A DNA stretch of 28,678 bases from a plasmid. The position numbers and the translations under genes were made by a program. The notes under the pieces are model-generated. The model saw nothing but the letters and a program-made list of their open reading frames with translations, was not told where the DNA came from and ran no database searches. Location of the stretch: the sequence record NZ_CP027230.1. One strand, 5' to 3'. Below are positions 1-6,661 of this stretch, in pieces (positions within the stretch are counted from its first letter, which is position 1; each line of letters starts with the position of its first letter).

Positions 1-582
1 CTAAAAGGCTTGCAAATTGGTACCAAAGGAACTCGCCCTGGCATACTTGATACACTTATTCAAAAAAGGCAGTTTATCACCTTACAGAAAAACAAGTATC
101 TGCCCACAGACTTAGGCCTGCAATTTTACAATGCTATCAAGAATTTAGAAGTAGTGAATGTAGCCCAAACCGCCCGTCTTGAATATCAGCTAAAGCAGAT
201 AACAGAGGGTAAGCTACTTGTTACAGAGTATTATAATAATTTGTTGGAGTATGTTAAAAATATAGTGCAAAATATTTTTAACATTGAAGCAGCTGTTAAA
301 GTGGAACGTGAAACATTAGGCACTTGCCCTAAGTGCAAACAAGGAAAAATTGTGGAGGGTAAAAAGGCTTTTGGTTGTACGAACTATAAAAGCGGTTGCG
401 ACTTTACTATTTGGAAAGAGGTAGCACATAAAAACATTACGGCCAAACAAGTGGCCGACTTAATAGGTAAAGGCAAAACAAGTCTTTTAAAAGGGTTTAA
501 GAGTAAAGCGGGTAAAGACTTTGATGCGTATCTAGTACTTAAAAATCTTAAAGTAGAATTTGAATTTAAAAATAATAAATAA
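1..582 (+). CDS. topB: DNA topoisomerase III (type IA), C-terminal 193 aa including a Cys4 zinc ribbon; continues in frame from the window end (gene spans the circular junction)
   Basis: Translation LKGLQIGTKGTRPGILDTLIQKRQFI...CPKCKQGKIVEG...FGCTNYKSGCDF has a type IA topo GIGTPATRA-like helix and a C-terminal Cx2C..Cx4C zinc ribbon. The frame is open from nt 1. Stop at 580-582. Confidence 0.75.
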   Translation, partial: LKGLQIGTKGTRPGILDTLIQKRQFITLQKNKYLPTDLGLQFYNAIKNLEVVNVAQTARLEYQLKQITEGKLLVTEYYNNLLEYVKNIVQNIFNIEAAVKVERETLGTCPKCKQGKIVEGKKAFGCTNYKSGCDFTIWKEVAHKNITAKQVADLIGKGKTSLLKGFKSKAGKDFDAYLVLKNLKVEFEFKNNK

Positions 583-616
583 TTAGTCAATTTAATTTTT
601 TTCAACACTAAACATT

Positions 617-1177
617 ATGAAGAAATTTTTACTTTTTACATTAGTAATTGCTTCTTTCTCTCTTTACGGACAACGTAAAGAAAACGGTTGGGCATTGCAA
701 GCCCGATATGGTATTATGGAGGGTAAAGGAGAAATGAACGGCATAGCTTCCGAACTTAATTTTGGTACAGGTGTTACCATAGGAAAGCACGGAGCTTTAG
801 CCGAAGCAAATTTATTTTTACAAGATTATTACGTAGATAAGGACAATCTAAATTTGCCTTATAAACTCTATGGCCTAAATGCTCTTGGGGGGTGGTCTTA
901 TGAGGGACTTCGTAATTTCTATTTTAATATTAAAGTAGGCGGTTTTGTGGGCGTTGAAAATATTAATAATGGGAATGCTACTGAAAGTCAGTTTGGGACA
1001 CCTTTAACACACCCTGTGAACGGTTTTACTTATGGAGTTTTAGCAGCTCCTGAAGTGGAAATTAAAATTTGGCATAGACTGACTTTTCTTATTAACTTTA
1101 ATCAATATTGGAATAAAGGAAGTAAATATGCTGATTGGAAATACAGCGCAAATGCTGGTATAAAATACTATTTATAA
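617..1177 (+). CDS. Small outer-membrane beta-barrel protein (OMP_b-brl-like), secreted
   Basis: N-terminal signal peptide MKKFLLFTLVIASFSLYGQ. Alternating amphipathic strands. C-terminal aromatic residues (GIKYYL) typical of OM beta-barrels. 186 aa. Confidence 0.5.
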   Translation: MKKFLLFTLVIASFSLYGQRKENGWALQARYGIMEGKGEMNGIASELNFGTGVTIGKHGALAEANLFLQDYYVDKDNLNLPYKLYGLNALGGWSYEGLRNFYFNIKVGGFVGVENINNGNATESQFGTPLTHPVNGFTYGVLAAPEVEIKIWHRLTFLINFNQYWNKGSKYADWKYSANAGIKYYL

Positions 1178-1195
1178 ACTTAAAATATTACGACT

Positions 1196-3517
1196 ATGAA
1201 AAGATTATTACTTTTTGCAATTATTGCTATTGTAGCTGTTTCTCTTAGTATAGTGGGGTGCAGTAAAGACAAAGAACAAGACCCTATACAATGGAAGTTT
1301 GAGGTAAAAGCTGATAAAGACACTATTTCAAATTTAGCGCTTAATGATATTGTTCCTGTAACATACGTTGTAAACAGAAAATACAACGAAGGGGCTACTA
1401 TGCAATACAGGGTAAACCTTGATAAATCACAAGGTTTTACTATCTATGATAATAACGACAACGAAGTTAAAGATTTTGGTTTTCAAAATCTAACTTCTGA
1501 TACTTTAAAATTAAAGTATAAAGGTACCTTTCAAGGTATTCATTCTTTAAGTGTTACGTTTAAAAACTCAAAAGATGAAAGAGTGGATAAAAGGGTGACG
1601 TTTGATTACAATATAAAAAATAAAAATAAGACATTTTCTATTGAACAAAAAGCAATTACAAACCTTGATAATATAGTGCAAGGGCAAGATGTTGAATTGT
1701 CTTTTGAAATAAAGGAAGAGGCGCAGACGCAGGAAAATTTTCAAATACAGTTTCTAAGTTTTGATGCAGCTGATGAAAGATTACAAAAATCAAAGATATA
1801 CCTAAATAACAATGAAGTACAAACAAATAAGTGGTATTCTATAAGCAAAGATTTTATTAATAAAATACAATTAAATTCATTTAATGCAGGAACAAAAAAA
1901 TTGGTATATGAACTTAAAAATTCTGTTTATACTGAAAGAAAAGAACTTGATATAAATGTAAAAAACGCTGTGATATCACTTAAAAACATAACTCTAAAAG
2001 CAGATGATATTTATATAAACGAACCTTTCAAAATTGAGTGTGAAGTAGAAAAAACACATCCTAATAATAAAAAAATAGAATATAAAACTTGGTTATCATC
2101 AGGAAATCCAGCTAATTTTAATTTTCTTACAATTACATATAAAAGTTTGGAAATTAATGATGGTAACTTGTTTCCATTAGAATTTAAAGCAAATAGTGCT
2201 ATAGAATATGTTTTAAACATTCAGGTAAAAGACGAATATGGCAATGAGAGTGAAGTAAAAAGAATCTCAATAATAGTAAAGAACAACGATTTTACCATTG
2301 AGCAAATACTAAATACTAACTTGGAAAATGTAGAACAAGGACAAGAAGTTAAGATAATTCTTAAAGCTAAAGAAGATCGTCTTAGTAATGAATTGTTTGA
2401 AATACAATTTTTAGGGTTTGATACAACCGATTCAAACTTACAGAATTCAAAAATTATTTTCAATAATGAGGAAATACAACTTAAAAAGTGGTATACATTT
2501 AATAAAAACTCAGATAATCAATTAAGTATTAAAAGTTTTAAATCAGGTAGTAAAAAGTTAATTTATCAAATAAAAAATTCATCTATTACCAAGAGTAAAG
2601 AAGTAGATATTAATATCTTGCCTGAGCAATTTAATGTAAAAGCGGAAACTCCTTTTAAAAAAATTGTTCCTGAAAAGCCTTTTAACTTTAAACTGATTAT
2701 TGAGACAAAAAATCATAATAAAGAAGTAAGATATTTTATTCATTCTAATATGAAAAAACTAATATATGATAACAAAGTTTATTTAAAAGGAGAAAATATC
2801 CATATTCAATTTGATAATGAAAAAGAAAAAAAAGAAATTGAACTTCAAGGAATTATTGATATGAATACAAAAAATTCTGATATAATAGTTAACAATTCTG
2901 ATAACATATCTAAATCTACAACTCCTAATGCAGTCATATTAACACCTTTAACAATTAATAAAATAAGTTTGTTAGGTAAATCTTATTTTAATATTAACGA
3001 TCATTATGTTCCAACTGGTTTAATCCGAAGTGTTTTTTATATAGGGAAGAAAACTTCACTTAAAAAAGATGAAGATATTCAAAAGGAAAATATTATGTAT
3101 AAAATAATATTTCAAAAAGAAGAAAAAAATGGGAAAGGGAAAATAGAAAAAATTGAAAAAGAATTATCTCATATAGATATATTTGAAACCCCTAGTCCTA
3201 ATTTCACTTCTGAAGAAGAAAAACATGATTTGGAGCCTGATTATGAACGTAATAATTATGAAAATGTGAAAATTTTATATGAAAGTGAATGGAGAAACGA
3301 TGGACTTGCATATAAAGATAATGTATCTATTGAAATATATTATAAGAATAAAAAAGTATATGAAGCTAAAGATATAAAAGGATTTTATAAAAACTTATTA
3401 TCTATTAATCCTTCAACTAATAAAACTTATAGCAAAAATTTTTGGAATATATTACAATCAGTAAAAGTAGCGGAAGACAGGATTTTCTATGAAAACTACG
3501 ACCATATTTCCAAGTAG
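1196..3517 (+). CDS. Large surface lipoprotein with two tandem ~115-aa repeat domains
   Basis: Signal peptide plus lipobox (LSIVGCS). Two homologous blocks: ...IEQKAITNLDNIVQGQDVEL...FQIQFLSFDAADERLQKSKIYLNNNEVQTNKWY... versus ...IEQILNTNLENVEQGQEVKI...FEIQFLGFDTTDSNLQNSKIIFNNEEIQLKKWY... K/N/E-rich, 773 aa. Confidence 0.6.
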   Translation: MKRLLLFAIIAIVAVSLSIVGCSKDKEQDPIQWKFEVKADKDTISNLALNDIVPVTYVVNRKYNEGATMQYRVNLDKSQGFTIYDNNDNEVKDFGFQNLTSDTLKLKYKGTFQGIHSLSVTFKNSKDERVDKRVTFDYNIKNKNKTFSIEQKAITNLDNIVQGQDVELSFEIKEEAQTQENFQIQFLSFDAADERLQKSKIYLNNNEVQTNKWYSISKDFINKIQLNSFNAGTKKLVYELKNSVYTERKELDINVKNAVISLKNITLKADDIYINEPFKIECEVEKTHPNNKKIEYKTWLSSGNPANFNFLTITYKSLEINDGNLFPLEFKANSAIEYVLNIQVKDEYGNESEVKRISIIVKNNDFTIEQILNTNLENVEQGQEVKIILKAKEDRLSNELFEIQFLGFDTTDSNLQNSKIIFNNEEIQLKKWYTFNKNSDNQLSIKSFKSGSKKLIYQIKNSSITKSKEVDINILPEQFNVKAETPFKKIVPEKPFNFKLIIETKNHNKEVRYFIHSNMKKLIYDNKVYLKGENIHIQFDNEKEKKEIELQGIIDMNTKNSDIIVNNSDNISKSTTPNAVILTPLTINKISLLGKSYFNINDHYVPTGLIRSVFYIGKKTSLKKDEDIQKENIMYKIIFQKEEKNGKGKIEKIEKELSHIDIFETPSPNFTSEEEKHDLEPDYERNNYENVKILYESEWRNDGLAYKDNVSIEIYYKNKKVYEAKDIKGFYKNLLSINPSTNKTYSKNFWNILQSVKVAEDRIFYENYDHISK

Positions 3518-3550
3518 TTTTACCTTATTTCTACTCTATTCCTACCGAAC

Positions 3551-3580
3551 AAAAACCACCCCATAAAGGGGTGGTTTTTT
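3551..3580 (+). terminator. Rho-independent terminator after the lipoprotein gene
   Basis: AAAAACCACCCC-ATAA-AGGGGTGGTTTTTT: GC stem followed by a T-run, 34 nt after the stop codon. Confidence 0.7.
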
Positions 3581-3807
3581 AATTTTGAAAGCAATTCACA
3601 ACCAAAATATAAGGGAGAAGGTGTATGTTATAATTTTTAATACTTCCCTTATATTTATTTTGTTGTAAAATTAGGTTTTTGTAATAATAACTTAATAAAG
3701 TTAGCTATGATGATGAACTTAACTTTAAAAGTTGGTGCAAAGTTACAAAAATATTTTTACTTACACAAACATTCATACTTTATTTTTTTTCACAATTTTT
3801 TTCTTCA

Positions 3808-4934
3808 CTTCCTGCCCCTTAAAATAGGAGTAAAACATTTGTGGTGAGCCAGCCCCAAACTTTTGGACGCTGACATCACTGATCACAAATGTTTTACAAC
3901 CTTAATAGTGGTGTTGCTCACCAAAAATAAGCAACCTCGTACACAAGGTACAGAGGTAGCTTTTTTTTGGCTTCACAACAACCAAAAGCGGTGTAAAGAG
4001 GGGTGAAAAGACCTTGCCCCCACTCGTGGACGGCAAGACCTTTTTTCACCCCTCTTTACAGTGTAGTTTCTAAGCCCACCCACCGCCCTTTTGCCCCTCC
4101 CCTAACCCCTCCCCACAGGGGAGGGGAACAGACCCGAATAAGAATAAGGTGACTCATTTTTACATCGTTTTTGATTAACAGAAAAGTGTAAGTTATTATT
4201 TATCAACTAATTAAGTATTTTCTTTAACCTGGCATCAAGTAGCCTATTTATAAGCTCTTTTTTTTATTTTGGGCGTTACCACAAGGGTCGGGCTATACTC
4301 TGCAATAAAGCTCTGAGAAGTCAAGAAAATTAAGCGTTTTAGAAGTCTTCCACTAAAGTGGCAAGCCTTCTCCTCCGCTGATTTTCTAAAGCCTTCTCAT
4401 TTACTTTATTTCCGTTCCTATCCCTAACGCGGGGGGACAGTTACCAAGTCCCTATTTTGTTCTTTTTTTTCCTTAATTTTTTCTCACTTCAAATCATCTT
4501 CTTTAGCTCTCATTTTTCTACTGCAAAGGTATGGCGGGGGGAAAACACAGCAAAAAAAATGAGGCTTTCATTAATTTTTTTGTCCTCGCCAGAGGCTGCG
4601 GAAAAAAATTAACGAACCTTCCTAATTTTTTTATGCTTTAGTTTTACGAGAACCCCCCGCCCTGATAGAGCAGTAGAAAAAGAGGCAAAAGAAGATTTAG
4701 GGTTTGAGGCTTTGGGGGAAAAAATATTGTTTGCTTTTTATTTTCTCTTCTCTTTTTTGTCCGAGCCGGACGCGCTTGAAAAACTTTGTTTTTCTGTATA
4801 TATCAAACCGAAAATGATGAAAGAAAAAATATATGGCAAATGTTATATATGTAACAAAATATTTATGAAAAATATACATAATAATTTGTGTATATTATTT
4901 ATTTGTCGTATATTTGCAGTGTAATAATAATTTA
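3808..4934 (+). repeat. Copy 1 of a duplicated structured GC-rich noncoding module. Part A is 3808-4154. A unique 315-bp insertion lies at 4155-4470. Part B, about 4472-4934, ends in a sigma-A promoter
   Basis: Near-identical to 7321-8166 (parts A and B), with an extra AATAAG and the 315-bp insertion. Contains a 14-bp perfect inverted repeat (3830-3843 / 3884-3897), a hairpin plus T8 (about 3935-3968), an interrupted inverted repeat of about 26 bp (3992-4061), a C4TC4-ACA-G4AG4 hairpin (4106-4126), and a long-range helix CTACTGC..GGCGGGGGG / CCCCCCGCC..GCAGTAG (4518-4676). Confidence 0.85.
4875..4922 (+). promoter_or_regulatory. Bacteroidetes sigma-A-type promoter (-33 TTTG, 20-nt spacer, -7 TATATTTG) plus conserved leader GTGTAATAATAATTTA; drives the J-domain gene
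   Basis: TACATAATAATTTG-N20-TATATTTGCAG matches the Bacteroides consensus TTTG-N19-21-TAnnTTTG. It is one of five near-identical copies in the window. Confidence 0.6.
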
Positions 4935-4948
4935 ATAATGAATGCTTT

Positions 4949-5428
4949 ATGAAGTACTTTAACGATTGCAAGACAACAGAAGAAGCAAAAAAATTATTTA
5001 AAAAACTTGCTTTTGAGAACCACCCAGACAGGGGAGGAGATAATACGATAATGCAAGCAATAAATGCAGAATATCAGTTTTTTATTGCTAAATATGCCAC
5101 AGGTACAGCGGAAGAAATTAATGAACAATTTAACGAGCAATTGCGTTATATGGACATCATTGGTAAACTTGCAAACCTTGTGGGTATAGAGGTGGAGCAG
5201 GTGGGGGAATGGCTTTGGATAAGTGGCAACACTTATGCACATCGAGAGCAATTGAAGTCTATAGGCTGCTTGTTTGCGCCTGTTAAGAAATTGTGGTACT
5301 ATAGAGATGAAGAGCATAAGAAGAGCAGCGGAGGAACCTCCCAGAGTATGGAAGACCTTAGAACCAAGTATGGCAGCTTACATATTAATTTAAACAAAGT
5401 ACGCAGCACCTATATAGACCATAAGTAA
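4949..5428 (+). CDS. J-domain (DnaJ-like) protein, 159 aa
   Basis: N-terminus TTEEAKKLFKKLAFENHPDRGGD...MQAINAEYQF: J-domain helix II/III with the invariant HPD tripeptide. The C-terminal ~90 aa has no recognisable similarity. Confidence 0.7.
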   Translation: MKYFNDCKTTEEAKKLFKKLAFENHPDRGGDNTIMQAINAEYQFFIAKYATGTAEEINEQFNEQLRYMDIIGKLANLVGIEVEQVGEWLWISGNTYAHREQLKSIGCLFAPVKKLWYYRDEEHKKSSGGTSQSMEDLRTKYGSLHINLNKVRSTYIDHK

Positions 5429-5476
5429 AAACAATCACACACAACATTCTTTATAAGAAAAAAGTATCGAAATTTA

Positions 5477-5524
5477 TACATAATAATTTGCATATATTAT
5501 TTATTTGTCGTATCTTTGTCCTAT
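5477..5524 (+). promoter_or_regulatory. Second copy of the conserved sigma-A promoter (TTTG-N20-TATCTTTG), upstream of ssb
   Basis: TACATAATAATTTGCATATATTATTTATTTGTCGTATCTTTG, nearly identical to 4875-4916. Confidence 0.55.
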
Positions 5525-5601
5525 CAAAATGAGATAATAAAGTAAGTACTTTGACATACTGGGATAGCTTAAAAGCTTATACAAAACACACACTAAAAAG
5601 T

Positions 5602-5615
5602 GTTCCACGTGGAAC
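5602..5615. promoter_or_regulatory. Perfect 14-bp palindrome GTTCCACGTGGAAC in the ssb leader (candidate operator)
   Basis: Exact dyad symmetry read directly from the sequence. It lies 40 bp upstream of the ssb ATG and downstream of the promoter. Confidence 0.4.
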
Positions 5616-5654
5616 GTAAACAACTGATTATTAATAATTTAAATATTTTTTATT

Positions 5655-6263
5655 ATGTTTTCAATTACATTTATCGGACGCGTTACAAAGGACGCAACAG
5701 CAAAGCAGTTTGAGAAATCAAATGTGCTTAATTTTACAGTAGCCGTTAATTTTCCTACACAAGGAAAAGACGAGAACGGCGATACCATTTATGACACAAT
5801 TTATTTGCCGTGTTCAAAATGGAACTTACAAGGCGACCTTAATAAGGTTTGTGAACGCTTGAAAAAAGGTGCGCGGATAGCGGTACAAGGGTCTAAGTTG
5901 GAGGTTACAGTTCAGCAAGACCAGAATACAGGGAGGGAATACACAAATTTAAATGTAGTTGTGCAATCCTTTGAAGTGTTAGATTATCCAAAACAACCGC
6001 AAGCCGTTACACAGGGGTACGTACAACAGCAAGGGCAGCAGCTGCCACAGGGAGCTCCTCAACAAGCGTTTTACCCACCGCAAGGACAACAACAAGCACC
6101 ACAAGGACAACAACAAGCACCACAGGGGCAGGGGTTTTTTGCTAGAATGAGCGAAGAACAGGTAGCAATGCAAGCCCAAGCATTTGAGCAAGTACCGCCT
6201 GAAGTACGACACACTTACCAACAAGTACCGCAGGGACTTGAAGACGTAGATTTATCCTACTAA
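5655..6263 (+). CDS. ssb: Single-stranded DNA-binding protein, 202 aa
   Basis: OB-fold pattern hhhGRVTKDA...NFTVAVN...W......L.KG..IAVQG.L conserved against bacterial SSBs. Gln/Pro-rich flexible C-terminus with tandem PQGQQQA repeats and an acidic tip (EDVDLSY). Confidence 0.75.
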   Translation: MFSITFIGRVTKDATAKQFEKSNVLNFTVAVNFPTQGKDENGDTIYDTIYLPCSKWNLQGDLNKVCERLKKGARIAVQGSKLEVTVQQDQNTGREYTNLNVVVQSFEVLDYPKQPQAVTQGYVQQQGQQLPQGAPQQAFYPPQGQQQAPQGQQQAPQGQGFFARMSEEQVAMQAQAFEQVPPEVRHTYQQVPQGLEDVDLSY

Positions 6264-6269
6264 ACAAAC

Positions 6270-6295
6270 GACCCGAGCAAGTCGCTAAACTGCTC
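6270..6295. promoter_or_regulatory. 26-bp conserved motif GACCCGAGCAAGTCGCTAAACTGCTC, copy 1 of 3 (others at 6630-6655 and 8214-8239)
   Basis: Copies 1 and 2 are identical 26-mers, each followed by CTTTTTT. Copy 3 has 2 mismatches. All three lie immediately upstream of a gene or operon start. The motif contains the inverted repeat GAGCA-N11-TGCTC. Confidence 0.5.
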
Positions 6296-6327
6296 TTTTT
6301 TGTAATAATAATTTATTTTTTAAAGCT

Positions 6328-6618
6328 ATGACAACGAAAGAAAAAATAAAAGCAATTCGAGAACAATTTAAGCTGCTAGGGTATAATAATAGAAAAATAT
6401 CCGTTACAGATGGGGGCGGAACTCTTGAAAGTAGTATAAGGGTGCGCGTTAAATTCGTTCCTATTCTTGAACAAATCCAAGAAATTAAAGAGGTTGCGGA
6501 AAAGTTTAGGCAAGTTCTTTATGATGAAGCAACAGGTGAGATATTAGCGGGAGGTAATACTTTTGTAAATGTTTCTTATCCAAGCAACGAAGACGAGAGA
6601 AAAAGGTATTTTGTTTAA
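6328..6618 (+). CDS. Hypothetical protein, 96 aa (leading-region cassette)
   Basis: ORF preceded by the 26-bp motif and the GTAATAATAATTTA leader. No recognisable domain. Confidence 0.45.
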   Translation: MTTKEKIKAIREQFKLLGYNNRKISVTDGGGTLESSIRVRVKFVPILEQIQEIKEVAEKFRQVLYDEATGEILAGGNTFVNVSYPSNEDERKRYFV

Positions 6619-6661
6619 CCATAAGCCCCGACCCGAGCAAGTCGCTAAACTGCTCTTTTTT

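Noticed and set aside
3706-3846. 46-codon frame starting ATGATGATG downstream of a degenerate promoter copy
   Set aside because: It is very short and low complexity, with no conservation evidence. It runs into the structured repeat, so it is more likely a leader or noncoding sequence.
4270-4330. Possible tRNA-like segment (GGGCGTTACCACAAGGGTCGGGCTATACTCTGC) in the copy-1 insertion
   Set aside because: No cloverleaf with an acceptor stem, anticodon arm or T-loop consensus (GTTCRANYC) could be drawn by eye.
4697-4924. Two mutually antisense ORFs (60 aa on the minus strand, 70 aa on the plus strand), duplicated identically at 7929-8156
   Set aside because: They lie inside the noncoding structured repeat and overlap the promoter. 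Their low-complexity, F/K-rich translations are typical of AT-rich noncoding DNA. Their identity simply reflects the nucleotide repeat.
6569-6661. Upstream start for the 236-aa ORF given by the ORF track
   Set aside because: It would translate the conserved intergenic 26-bp motif and overlap the preceding gene by 50 nt. The ATG at 6662, immediately after the motif, is more plausible.
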